Of a stretch of 53,489 bases of DNA, positions 26,868 through 35,200 are shown piece by piece (the stretch's first letter is position 1; the number at the start of each line of letters is the position of its first letter). The notes under the pieces were generated by a model. It did not search any database. It had not been told where the DNA came from and saw only the letters and a program-made list of their open reading frames with translations. Where the stretch lies: contig JBBUGO010000005.1 in assembly GCA_038056025.1 (NCBI GenBank), positions 1-53,489 on the forward strand, in the 5' to 3' direction. The position numbers and the translations under genes were made by a program. The stretch comes from Patescibacteria group bacterium (lineage in GTDB: Bacteria > Patescibacteriota > Minisyncoccia > 2-02-FULL-40-12 > GWA2-44-9).

Positions 26868-27325
26868 AGCGGGATCACTATAGCTTCATTTCTCATCACA
26901 TGCAATATGTTCGCCTCCCATTCTCCTTGGCCCATACTTCTCTCACTGACCATTTCAATCTTCGCTCGTCATCCTCCCGACAAAAATCTAGTTCCCGATT
27001 AGGGTTTCGGGCATACCTCAACCCATCGACCAGATTACTTTGTTGCCGGGCAGGATTTCCTCGCTCATCAGGAATGGTGACAACTCGTTCAGAATGGGCA
27101 GGAAAACGGGAGGCGCGCATTCGTCCGGCGTAGTAGTGATGTTCTCTCCTGAAGGACATTTCGCAGGCCTGATGGCTCGGTTTCAGCAGAACATCGGGTC
27201 GAGAATTGAGATAGTGGCTGGCCGCTGGAGCCAGACAACTATCGGTCCTGAACGGAGAGGACGCGCTACGGAGCACTAGGGACCTTCGTTGTAAAAGATG
27301 ATAAACCGTGGCATAATACACGTCC
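26868..27325. other. 458-nt non-coding divergent spacer built partly from family-B-like modules
   Basis: No convincing ORF. It shares GATGGC..GGTTTCAGCAGAACATCG..CGAG with 35941-35978. It also shares TCGGGCATAC and GGCGC(GC)ATTCG.CC blocks with 28540-28610. Confidence 0.6.
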
Positions 27326-28075
27326 ATGACAAAACGAACGCGCCGCATCCTTTTTTATACCTGTGCCATCCTTTTTCTTGTCGTAAGTTATGTGGCAATC
27401 ACCTATTCTCTCGGCTATAAATACAGTTTCCGTGAAGGGCGCTTTTTTCGAACCGGCGCTTTGACTTTGCAGGTATCCACCTCCGCTAATGTGTATGTTA
27501 ACGACAAATTGGAAGGTTCGACCTCGCTTCTCACCAACAGTTTTGGCTTCGATCGCCTTTTGCCGGGTGTCTATTCGATTCGAGCCCAGCGTGATGGATA
27601 TACCTCATGGCAAAAAAATGTGACGGTGTACGAGGGATTGGTGACCGACTTCCCCAACGTCCTTCTCCTCCCGACGGATGATGAGAGCGGCGTAAAACTC
27701 ATGACTGAAGTTAGGGAGATATTTACGACACCCGTCGAGAAGACTGCCGATATTGTACTTCGCCAACGGGCGCTCTATCGTGTCGTTGAGGAGCGGCAGG
27801 AACTTATTGCTAAAGATGTGTATGGATATGTGCTGTCAGAAGACGGCAGTCGCCTTCTGTGGTGGACACCCCGCGAGATTTGGGTACTCTGGTTGTCCGA
27901 TACCTCCTATCAACCCGTCAAATCAAACGGCAACCGTGAGCTCATCGTGAAAAGTCCGACTGCCATTAAACGCGCGCAGTGGTTCCGCGGCAACGACCAC
28001 ATCGTATTTGAAGCTGCGGGATACAAGATTGTCGAGATCGACACCCGCAGCGGGGTGAATGTGATAAAGCTATAA
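27326..28075 (+). CDS. Membrane-anchored PEGA-domain protein
   Basis: N-terminal TM helix. PEGA-like stretch reads ANVYVNDKLEGSTS...LLPGVYSIRAQRDGYTSWQKNVTV. Confidence 0.7.
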   Translation: MTKRTRRILFYTCAILFLVVSYVAITYSLGYKYSFREGRFFRTGALTLQVSTSANVYVNDKLEGSTSLLTNSFGFDRLLPGVYSIRAQRDGYTSWQKNVTVYEGLVTDFPNVLLLPTDDESGVKLMTEVREIFTTPVEKTADIVLRQRALYRVVEERQELIAKDVYGYVLSEDGSRLLWWTPREIWVLWLSDTSYQPVKSNGNRELIVKSPTAIKRAQWFRGNDHIVFEAAGYKIVEIDTRSGVNVIKL

Positions 28076-28082
28076 AAACGTA

Positions 28083-28106
28083 AAGCCCGGGAAAAGTTCC
28101 GGGCTT
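28083..28106. terminator. Bidirectional stem-loop between convergent genes
   Basis: AAGCCCGG-gaaaagtt-CCGGGCTT, with flanking A/T runs. Confidence 0.7.
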
Positions 28107-28126
28107 GCAGTGGTAACCGCGTAATC

Positions 28127-28498
28127 CTAATCGTCTGGCGGCTTCATGGGATTAGGATCATCGGCCCTAAAAAAGAACAGTATCACTCCGGCGAGTTCCC
28201 CTTTTTGCTTCAGTGCGACTGTAAGCATATAGAGATCTTTCTGGAAGCAGTCATCCGCTAACACACAATCCATCCGGTCTGAGTCGCGAAATGCTGTAGC
28301 CGCCTTCTCCAACTCAGCTTGTGTGAAAAAGACGTAGGGACCTAGCTCCGCATGAGCTGGCGGATTCATTAGAATCCCATGTAGAGTTTTGCAAAACTCT
28401 ATCGCACCCTGGAAACCGGGCCAGTTCACTATATTCGGATCTTTGCTAAGTTTTTCCTGAAGCGATGGTGCGTAACCAAACGCTACTTCCTTTACCAT
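28127..28498 (-). CDS. Hypothetical protein (123 aa), SD-led cassette gene
   Basis: AGGGAGGG lies 4 nt upstream of the ATG (MVKEV...). No motif recognised. Confidence 0.55.
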   Translation of the reverse strand: MVKEVAFGYAPSLQEKLSKDPNIVNWPGFQGAIEFCKTLHGILMNPPAHAELGPYVFFTQAELEKAATAFRDSDRMDCVLADDCFQKDLYMLTVALKQKGELAGVILFFFRADDPNPMKPPDD

Positions 28499-28536
28499 TC
28501 ATCCCTCCCTCACTTTTTCGCATTTCTGACTTTCTT

Positions 28537-28632
28537 GTCCCGCACCAGATCGGGCATACGGCGACTACGCTACCCTGCCTGCGGCAGGCAGGCGCATTCG
28601 CCTACGCGGAGATGCTCGCTCGGTGACGGGAC
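28537..28632. repeat. Family-B-like GC-rich palindromic element
   Basis: The outer stem is GTCCCGCACC/GGTGACGGGAC. The core is CCTGCCTGCGGCAGGCAGG plus GGCGCATTCGCC. It lies between rpsI and the next cassette. Confidence 0.65.
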
Positions 28633-28660
28633 TTCGGAAATCTAGTCAGGTGTTCGTAAA

Positions 28661-29221
28661 CTATCGCTTGCTCCACCTGCCTGATTTCCTCGCTTTCTTA
28701 TGTCCATACTTACGGCGTTCTTTTGCGCGGGGATCGCGCTTGAGGAGGCCCGACTTTTTGAGTTTTTTGCGGAAGTTGCTGTCAAAATGCTCCAACGCGC
28801 GCGCAATGCCGTGGCGTATCGCTTCTGCTTGCCCCGAACTGCCGCCGCCACGCACAACAACTGTGGCCTTGAAACGGCTCAATGACTTTAATTTGCGCAA
28901 GGGCGCCTCAATGACTGCAACGAGATCCTTATTGGTAAAGTATACGGCGTAATCCTTGCCGTTGACGGTGATGAGCGCCTTATCTTCTTGAACCTGGTCC
29001 GTTGACTTACGGGTATAGAGACGCACACGGGCGACGGACTCTTTGCGGCGACCCACGGCTTCAAAATATTTTTCTTTGGCGGCATCTGACGCCGCGGCAA
29101 ACTTTACCTCATCGATGGCAGGTGTATCGTCGTTCTCAACAACGGGAATGACAACTTTCTGGACGAGAGATGGTGCCAGTTTTTCCTGTTTCGGTTTTTT
29201 TATAGTGGCTTTACGAGGCAT
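28661..29221 (-). CDS. rpsI: Ribosomal protein uS9 with a roughly 55-aa N-terminal extension
   Basis: The C-terminus GGGSSGQAEAIRHGIARAL...RDPRAKERRKYGHKKARKSGRWSKR is canonical S9. Confidence 0.95.
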   Translation of the reverse strand: MPRKATIKKPKQEKLAPSLVQKVVIPVVENDDTPAIDEVKFAAASDAAKEKYFEAVGRRKESVARVRLYTRKSTDQVQEDKALITVNGKDYAVYFTNKDLVAVIEAPLRKLKSLSRFKATVVVRGGGSSGQAEAIRHGIARALEHFDSNFRKKLKKSGLLKRDPRAKERRKYGHKKARKSGRWSKR

Positions 29222-29359
29222 AAAAGTGTAAATTCTAAATTCTAATATCTAAATCCGAAACAATATCAAAATTCAAATGCTCGAAGTCAGGAATAATTTT
29301 GGATTTAGAACTTTTGATCATTTGAATTTGTTTAGGATTTCGTGCTTAGGATTTAGGGT
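29222..29359. repeat. Family C AT-rich long hairpin, copy C1 (fills the rpsI-rplM spacer)
   Basis: The 5' block AAATTCTAAATTCTAATATCTAAATCC pairs with the 3' block GGATTTCGTGCTTAGGATTTAGGGTTT. The central stem is AAATTCAAATG/CATTTGAATTT. Confidence 0.85.
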
Positions 29360-29701
29360 TTACTGAAACTTGAGGTGGCGGATAATCCTATCCCGCATTC
29401 TATTCACGGGCAACATGCGATAGATTGCCTTGCGCACGACTTCTTTTGGGTTTTTTGCCCACAACTCCGCAAGTGATTTCGTGTGGATGCCTCCGGGGTA
29501 TCCCGAATAACGATGGTAGAGTTTGCCAGTAAATTTAGAGCCGGTAAATTTTATCTTATCTATATTCTTGAGTACCACTTGCGTGAGCGGAAGCACGTGC
29601 GGCTGATACGTGGGCAAATCTTTACCTCGCAATAATATCGCTACGCGGCTGGCGAGGCGTCCCATGGACTGATTGGTTGCATCAATTTCGTATGTGGTCA
29701 T
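29360..29701 (-). CDS. rplM: Ribosomal protein uL13 (short, 113 aa)
   Basis: GRLASRVAILLRGK and YHRYSGYPGG are present. Confidence 0.95.
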   Translation of the reverse strand: MTTYEIDATNQSMGRLASRVAILLRGKDLPTYQPHVLPLTQVVLKNIDKIKFTGSKFTGKLYHRYSGYPGGIHTKSLAELWAKNPKEVVRKAIYRMLPVNRMRDRIIRHLKFQ

Positions 29702-29708
29702 GGTTTAA

Positions 29709-30056
29709 TTATGAGGTGAGTTCCACCAATATCATGGGAGCACCGTCGCTGTCACGCCGCCCGAGTCGCGTCAGGCGCGTATATCCTCCGGAACGCGAGG
29801 CAAATGTAGGAGCAATCTCCCCTATTAATTTTTTGACTGCACGTTCTCCCAAGGTCTGATGGAGTTGGCGTCGCGATGCAAGGGTATTCTTTTTCGCCGT
29901 AGTGACGAGCCGATCCGCAACGATGCGCAGATTTTTTGCCTTGGTTTCCGTAGTAGTAATCCGGCCATGCGTCACCAGTGCGGTCATGAGACCTTTTTCC
30001 AGTGCCTGCCGCTGTTTCCGCACTCGTCCGAATTTTCGTTTATTGCCACGTCGCAT
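29709..30056 (-). CDS. rplQ: Ribosomal protein bL17
   Basis: MRRGNKRKFGRVRKQRQAL...GRITTTETKAK...GGYTRL. Confidence 0.95.
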   Translation of the reverse strand: MRRGNKRKFGRVRKQRQALEKGLMTALVTHGRITTTETKAKNLRIVADRLVTTAKKNTLASRRQLHQTLGERAVKKLIGEIAPTFASRSGGYTRLTRLGRRDSDGAPMILVELTS

Positions 30057-30058
30057 AA

Positions 30059-30781
30059 TTATTTCTTGGACCGGCTTTTCTTGGTCGGTGTTTCTTGCGT
30101 AACCGGAAGTTGAGTCACCACATTGAAATGCTCAATAAGAATTTCGGAGGCCCGTTTTAATGCGGCTTCCGGCGAAATAGTCCCGTCGGTTTCAACTTCC
30201 ATAGTGACTTTATTGAAGTCAATCTGTTGTCCTACGCGAATGTCGTCAATGCGGAAATTAACCAGTTTCACCGGTGAGAAGATGGCATCGATAGAAATGA
30301 TGCCGATAGGAAGTTTGCCCTTTTGACGCTGTTCTACCGGCACATAGCCGATACCCTTCTCAATGGTAAATTCCATCTCCAGTTCCGCCTTTTTATCGGT
30401 AATCGTGGCAATGGGTTGATCTTCGTTGATAACCTCAACATCCGGTGTCACCTGAATGTCCTGTGCAGTTACCGCATTCTCACCTTTCACGAGTAGCTTT
30501 AGGACCACCGGATCCTGCGAGAACGATCGCAAGCGGATCTTTTTGACATTCAAGATAATCTGTATGACGTCTTCGGCAACCCCCGGTATTGTTGAAAATT
30601 CGTGGTCAACACCCTTAATTTTAATGGAGGTGATGGCCGCACCTTCCAGCGACGATAAGAGAATCCGTCTCAACGGATTGGCTAGTGTCGGACCGTAGCC
30701 GGGCATGAGCGGCGCAATCTCAAATACCGCTCGATTCCCTTCCTTACTCACTACTTTTACTGATTCTGGCAACTGGATCAT
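30059..30781 (-). CDS. rpoA: RNA polymerase alpha subunit, N-terminal domain only (240 aa)
   Basis: GYGPTLANPLRRILLSSLEGAAITSIKI and the alpha-NTD layout are present. The ORF ends in a basic tail (TPTKKSRSKK) 2 nt before rplQ. Confidence 0.9.
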   Translation of the reverse strand: MIQLPESVKVVSKEGNRAVFEIAPLMPGYGPTLANPLRRILLSSLEGAAITSIKIKGVDHEFSTIPGVAEDVIQIILNVKKIRLRSFSQDPVVLKLLVKGENAVTAQDIQVTPDVEVINEDQPIATITDKKAELEMEFTIEKGIGYVPVEQRQKGKLPIGIISIDAIFSPVKLVNFRIDDIRVGQQIDFNKVTMEVETDGTISPEAALKRASEILIEHFNVVTQLPVTQETPTKKSRSKK

Positions 30782-30913
30782 ACCGTGGGAACGTTCACTC
30801 GCAATCTACGGGGTAAGAGGTTACACAACGGTGTCCGCAGGTCGCTCGCGATAATTCCTGTTAATTACTGACCCCTGGCTTCCGAGTGGGTTGCCAGAGG
30901 TCAGCCATCAACA

Positions 30914-31549
30914 TTAGCGGGAATAAAATTCAATAATTGCTTGCACATCGCTTATTTGAATGCCGCTATCGGCCAGTGACGGCAATTGTTTTACTTCTCC
31001 GGTTATCGCATCTTTATCCACCGCGACCCACGCAGGAGCTTCGTGATTTTTTAACCATTGCGGCATAAAGCTTCCAAAGTAGGGCGCGCGGCGACTACCC
31101 TCGCGAATAGAGATGGTATCGCCTGGCCGGACAGTATACGATGGAATGTCCACCTTCTTATTATTTACCAAAAAGTGACCGTGATTGACTAATTGGCGCG
31201 CCTGATCACGCGATTGGGCAAATCCCATCCGGTATACCACGTTATCGAGACGGCTTTCCAATGCACGTACCAACCCATCGTAGGGGTCGGTTTTCTGCTC
31301 GAGGATTTTCTTAACATAGTTCTTAAACTGCCGCTCCATGAGCCGATACACCGCTCTCACTTTTTGTTTGGAGCGGAGTTGTTGGGCAAATTCCGATGGT
31401 TTGGCGGCGCGACGGTGTCCATGCTGACCTGGAGGATATGGCTTTTTCATCGCCGCAGATTTCTGCGAATGAGAACGCTCCCCCTTCAGGAATAATTTTT
31501 CCCCTAGACGGCGCTCTATTTTTTCTCGTGGTCCGGTATAGCGTGCCAT
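30914..31549 (-). CDS. rpsD: Ribosomal protein uS4
   Basis: MARYTGPREKIERRLG... plus an S4 RNA-binding domain (LDNVVYRMGFAQSRDQARQLVNHGH). Confidence 0.95.
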   Translation of the reverse strand: MARYTGPREKIERRLGEKLFLKGERSHSQKSAAMKKPYPPGQHGHRRAAKPSEFAQQLRSKQKVRAVYRLMERQFKNYVKKILEQKTDPYDGLVRALESRLDNVVYRMGFAQSRDQARQLVNHGHFLVNNKKVDIPSYTVRPGDTISIREGSRRAPYFGSFMPQWLKNHEAPAWVAVDKDAITGEVKQLPSLADSGIQISDVQAIIEFYSR

Positions 31550-31687
31550 GACAATAATTTCTAATGTCTAATATCTAATTTCTAAACAAATCACAATGTT
31601 CAAATGTTTTAATGCTCGAAACAGTTTGGAGTTGGGTGTTTTGGTCATTTGGGCTTGTTTAGGATTTAGGGTTTCGTGCTTAGGATT
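31550..31687. repeat. Family C hairpin, copy C2 (fills the rpsD-rpsK spacer)
   Basis: It shares CTAATATCTAA...GCTCGAA...GGTCATTTGGGCTTGTTTAGGATTTAGGGTTTCGTGCTTAGGATTT with the other copies. The central stem is GCTCGAA/TTTGGGC, with two G-T pairs. Confidence 0.85.
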
Positions 31688-32131
31688 TTAAACCCTGCGG
31701 GGCTTCTTCGCTTTTACGCCGTTATGTGCGATGGGCGTTTTATCTATAATAGACGTAACGGTCAAACCCGTTCCTGCCAGTCCTCTGATTGCCGACTCGC
31801 GCGCAGGACCGATGCCGCGCACGCTGATCTTGATCGTCGTCAACCCAAATCGTTTTGCTTTTTCTACGACATCTTTTGCGACAAGGTTTGCCGCATAGGG
31901 GGTGGATTTCTTGGTGCCTTTAAAACCCAGGAGCCCCGCCGAAGACCAGGCAACGACATGACCCTTGAGATCGCTGACGGAAATAATCGTATTGTTGTAG
32001 GACACCGCAATATTGGCAATGCCATTGATGACCTGCTGTTTAGCTCCTTTTTTTGGCACCGGCGCAGAACTCCCCACGTTTTCTGTGGAAGTGTCTGTCT
32101 CTGCTTTGGTAATGATTCTCTTTTTCCCCAT
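31688..32131 (-). CDS. rpsK: Ribosomal protein uS11
   Basis: GIANIAVSYNNTIISVSD...STPYAA...VRGIGPARESAIRGL. Confidence 0.95.
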   Translation of the reverse strand: MGKKRIITKAETDTSTENVGSSAPVPKKGAKQQVINGIANIAVSYNNTIISVSDLKGHVVAWSSAGLLGFKGTKKSTPYAANLVAKDVVEKAKRFGLTTIKISVRGIGPARESAIRGLAGTGLTVTSIIDKTPIAHNGVKAKKPRRV

Positions 32132-32235
32132 GTCTTTAATCTCTAAATTCTAATATCTAAGCACTAAATGGTTTTAAGAAATTTGGTCATTCGAGCTTGT
32201 TTATGATTTAGAGATTCGTGCTTAGAATTTACAGA
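32132..32235. repeat. Family C element, copy C3 (shorter; fills the rpsK-rpsM spacer)
   Basis: It retains the 3' block GGTCATTCGAGCTTGTTTATGATTTAGAGATTCGTGCTTAGAATTT. The 5' half of the central stem is missing. AATCTCTAAAT/ATTTAGAGATT and CTAAGCAC/GTGCTTAG can pair. Confidence 0.8.
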
Positions 32236-32622
32236 TTATGTCTTTTCACTGGTAGATTTTCTGCCAGAACCCATCGTCTTGCGCACGTTGCCGCGTGTGG
32301 TCCGCGAATTGGTCTTGGTGCGGCCATGCACGGGCAGGCGGCGCGCGTGTCGCGTTCCACGCCATGTCCCGATCTCTCTGTGACGCTTAATGTTTTGGCC
32401 GACTTCTTTGCGTAAATCCCCCTCAATCTTATAACTGCGCTCGATGAGCTTCTGAATTTTATTAAGTTCTTCGGCGGTAAGGTCCTTGGCGCGTTTATCG
32501 GGATCAATACCTGCGGATTTAAGAATCACACCGCTTGACGTTAACCCAATCCCGTAAATATAGGGAAGGGAGTAGAGGATTTTTTTGTTATCAGGAATGG
32601 TAGTACCGAAAATACGGGGCAT
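32236..32622 (-). CDS. rpsM: Ribosomal protein uS13
   Basis: MPRIFGTTIPDNKKILYSLPYIYGIG... I take the ATG at 32622; the track TTG start is at 32628. Confidence 0.95.
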   Translation of the reverse strand: MPRIFGTTIPDNKKILYSLPYIYGIGLTSSGVILKSAGIDPDKRAKDLTAEELNKIQKLIERSYKIEGDLRKEVGQNIKRHREIGTWRGTRHARRLPVHGRTKTNSRTTRGNVRKTMGSGRKSTSEKT

Positions 32623-32767
32623 GTGCAATAAATATCTAATTTCTAATATCTAATTTCTAAACAATGTCTAAATCCAAAAGCTCGAATACTTGAAACGGTT
32701 TTTGATTTAAGAAGTTTGGTCATTCGAGCTTGTTTATGATTTAGGGATTCGTGCTTAGGATTTGAAG
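32623..32767. repeat. Family C hairpin, copy C4 (fills the rpsM-rpmJ spacer)
   Basis: The central stem AAGCTCGAAT/ATTCGAGCTT is a perfect 10 bp. The flanking TCTAAT-type and GATTTAGG-type blocks match the other copies. Confidence 0.85.
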
Positions 32768-32881
32768 TTATCCTTGGCGTTGTTTGTGTTTGGGGTTTTT
32801 ACAAATACAATAGAGCCGGCCCTTGCGACGCACCAGCTTACAATGCTTACACATTGGCTTAACGGATGTACGGACTTTCAT
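32768..32881 (-). CDS. rpmJ: Ribosomal protein bL36 (37 aa; below the ORF-track size cutoff)
   Basis: Hand translation gives [37 protein letters not shown], with the C-x2-C...C-x-C...H zinc motif. Confidence 0.9.
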   Translation of the reverse strand: MKVRTSVKPMCKHCKLVRRKGRLYCICKNPKHKQRQG

Positions 32882-32921
32882 GCAACAAATAAAAAGGGGT
32901 TCTTTTCAGAACTCCACGCAA

Positions 32922-33137
32922 CTAGTAACGATACACAATCCGACCACGCTTGCCGTCCGGAGACAGCTCGAGTGCGACACGATCGCCTATCATAACCTTA
33001 ATGTAGTGGAGACGCATTTTGCCCGCTAAGTATGCGAGCACCTCGGTGCCATCCTCAAGTTTTACGCGAAAGTTTGTGTCTGGTAATGCCTCGGTTACGA
33101 CACCACTGACTTTATCTTTCGTCTGGGAGTTGCTCAC
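32922..33137 (-). CDS. infA: Translation initiation factor IF-1
   Basis: [59 protein letters not shown]. The track ORF (to 33215) is 26 aa too long. A GTG at 33137 gives a 71-aa IF-1. Confidence 0.85.
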   Translation of the reverse strand: MSNSQTKDKVSGVVTEALPDTNFRVKLEDGTEVLAYLAGKMRLHYIKVMIGDRVALELSPDGKRGRIVYRY

Positions 33138-33225
33138 GCTGATAGTGGAAAATCTTGCTGGTCGCAAACCAAGTTGCGCAGAAGGTATAGTAACAAAGCA
33201 ATAGCGTCCTGTCAACTCGCTGTTC

Positions 33226-35067
33226 CTATGGATAGATGAGCTGAAAACGAACCTTCTCCTTGCTTTTTGGCATCTTGGTCACCCAGAAGGGAGAGAGGAT
33301 CACCCGCGCCGTGGCAACGCCGAACGCAGATTTGAGATACGACCGAATATCCGCTTCACTTTTCCCCATGAGATCGGCAATAATTTTCTCCTCTTCAATC
33401 TGCGCATACCCCTTCCCGCGCACTTTTATATCCGTCTCATACGCCCCCGTCGTTTCTGAAAATTGGCCGCTTTCCAAAGTGATCTCAAGCTGATTCGGCA
33501 ATACCACAAGATGCTGTTCGCGGCCAATAACGTCAATAATAAGCTTGGCAAGGTCCTCTTGTTCGATGCCGATGGTCTTGACCGCGCCGGTGCCCGACGC
33601 ACTAAACGAATCGGCGGCCTGATCCACCTGCATACTCAAGGTCACATCTTTCACGATAACGGATGGTTCGGGCGCTATCAGGTTCCCGATCTCCGCCTTT
33701 AACGCGGCAAGGGTGTCGGTCTTTGCTTGGACCATCACCGTATCGCGAGCATTCTGGGAATCGGCTTCGGTAACCACTTTCGCTTTACCCGTAATGCCCC
33801 CCGTAAATGCCTTGGCAGAGGTGGCAGTAACTTTGGTATAGCGTTCGGTGTCGTTGCGTTCCTTAAACGCAGGGATGGTAAAGGAACCCGGCTCAATATT
33901 GTATTCACCCCCCGATTTATCAGCGATAACCTCAACATTCTGTGTACCAGGTACACTCTTTCCGCTCACGGTTGTTGCGGCAGGCACGGTAATGGAGCGC
34001 AATGAGCGAAAGATGAGCCCACCGGGCGATTGAAAGCGCGTCGTGGCAATCAGCTGTTGCGAGGTGCTCAATGCGTTACTGACGGTAATTACCCCTTTGG
34101 CCTTTTGGGCTACGTCTTTTTCTCCCGACGAAAGGAATTCCTGCGTAACCGTTTTTTCAATAGTAAACACCTGCCCGGGAAGCCGACTGAACGCCGTATC
34201 TACTTGAGAGAACGCATCTGAAATGCTGGCATGGATAGTGGTTTCCAGATCCTGCGATACAGGGGTTACTGTAATGTGGGCACTACCCGTAGTGAAATAC
34301 ACCAGCGCACCCAGGCCAACGATACCTACCATAGTACCAAGGACGCGCAATCGAAGACCACGGCCCGGCCCTCGAAAGACATGCGTGGGAGCGGCCTGGT
34401 GAGGAATATCAGACCACATCGTTGCTCCTCGCGGTTTACTCTGCCATACCTGCGCAATATCTTCAGGACGCGCCGCACTTTTGTTTTTTTGTTGCGCCGA
34501 AACAAGCCGGGCCGCCGAAAGCGTGCCGTCTTCTTCAAGGGTATCCATCTCCTCGTCGGTGGGCCCCTTTTCTTGAAGTTCATCGGCGTCCTGGTCTGAA
34601 ACTTCGCCGAGATCTTCTCCGCGTTCATCCTCTTCGTGGGCTGACGCAAGATTTTCGTCGTCTTCGTTGAGTTTTAATGCTTCATCCGAAGGTACCGCGA
34701 CATTTTCTTCAAACGCGTCGGCATCGTCACGCACCCGATCCAAGGTGTCGTCGTCAAGCGGGTCAGCTTTCACGAGTTTTGCTTTCGCTTTTTTCTGCGC
34801 TGGCTCGCTTACTCGATCGGGCAATATGCTAAAGCCATAGGCATTCCCCAGTGCTACCACCCGAGGATTAGGACACAGCAAAGACACTTTTTTGCCTTGT
34901 TCTTCTGAAAGATCGCGTAGTGTGGCAAGGTTGGCTTCCCGATTGAATGCCTTCGCATTTTTGGGCAACACAAAAATTACCTCCTCTGCAGATGCCCGAC
35001 GAAACGCCTCAAGAACCTCGTCAAACCGGTCATCACGGGAAACGTTGATAATTTTTGTAGATGACAT
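33226..35067 (-). CDS. Large hypothetical membrane protein (613 aa): N-terminal cytoplasmic domain, acidic disordered linker, one TM helix, beta-rich exodomain
   Basis: The acidic D/E-rich stretch covers aa 100-185. The TM helix is [17 protein letters not shown]. The exodomain resembles the proteins often annotated 'baseplate J-like' in CPR; that is recalled, not searched. Confidence 0.65.
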   Translation of the reverse strand: MSSTKIINVSRDDRFDEVLEAFRRASAEEVIFVLPKNAKAFNREANLATLRDLSEEQGKKVSLLCPNPRVVALGNAYGFSILPDRVSEPAQKKAKAKLVKADPLDDDTLDRVRDDADAFEENVAVPSDEALKLNEDDENLASAHEEDERGEDLGEVSDQDADELQEKGPTDEEMDTLEEDGTLSAARLVSAQQKNKSAARPEDIAQVWQSKPRGATMWSDIPHQAAPTHVFRGPGRGLRLRVLGTMVGIVGLGALVYFTTGSAHITVTPVSQDLETTIHASISDAFSQVDTAFSRLPGQVFTIEKTVTQEFLSSGEKDVAQKAKGVITVSNALSTSQQLIATTRFQSPGGLIFRSLRSITVPAATTVSGKSVPGTQNVEVIADKSGGEYNIEPGSFTIPAFKERNDTERYTKVTATSAKAFTGGITGKAKVVTEADSQNARDTVMVQAKTDTLAALKAEIGNLIAPEPSVIVKDVTLSMQVDQAADSFSASGTGAVKTIGIEQEDLAKLIIDVIGREQHLVVLPNQLEITLESGQFSETTGAYETDIKVRGKGYAQIEEEKIIADLMGKSEADIRSYLKSAFGVATARVILSPFWVTKMPKSKEKVRFQLIYP

Positions 35068-35150
35068 GGTGCCGATAGTTTCTTCTTTGGAGAGTATACC
35101 ACGTTATGAAGTCCACATTCTAGCCCATTATAAGGTTTATACAAGAGTAA

Positions 35151-35179
35151 TTGACTTAACATATAGAAAGGAGTATAAT
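35151..35179 (+). promoter_or_regulatory. Near-consensus sigma-70 promoter
   Basis: TTGACT (35151-35156), a 17-nt spacer, then TATAAT (35174-35179). It lies 21 nt upstream of the ATG at 35201, with AAGGAGG in between. Confidence 0.65.
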
Positions 35180-35200
35180 AATAGGTGTAAGGAGGTGGTT

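Noticed and set aside
27053-27071. A hammerhead-like CUGAUGAG...GAAA string on the minus strand (ctgatgagcgaggaaatcc).
   Set aside because: Only 5 nt separate CUGAUGA from GAAA, so no stem II can form. I found no flanking stems I/III or cleavage-site context. It is most likely a chance match.
26868-27325. The possibility that the long mreB-upstream spacer encodes RNase P RNA, SRP RNA, tmRNA or 6S RNA.
   Set aside because: AGGAAAACGGGAGGCG and GCAGAACATCGGGTCGAG only superficially resemble the RNase P P4 strands and cannot pair with each other. There is no SRP GGAA/AGCA domain IV and no tRNA-like T-loop end. A covariance-model scan is still needed.
26896-27348. The 150-aa minus-strand ORF, and the 77-79-aa plus-strand ORFs, inside the same spacer.
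   Set aside because: Their composition is Arg/Ser/Pro-rich. There is no SD and no plausible start context. They overlap repeat modules shared with non-coding copies elsewhere.
30782-30913. The rpoA-rpsD spacer as a fifth family C copy.
   Set aside because: It is GC-richer and shares none of the C blocks. It contains only a local hairpin, CTGACCCCTGGC...GCCAGAGGTCAG, which may be an S4 autoregulatory or processing structure. I cannot support that from sequence alone.
29222-32767. Families A, B and C considered as a CRISPR array or as integron attC sites bounding the small-ORF cassettes.
   Set aside because: The repeats are not regularly spaced short units separated by unique spacers. No cas or intI gene is present. 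Repeat termini do not fit the attC RYYYAAC/GTTRRRY cores. Most SD-led cassettes are not flanked by any of the repeats.
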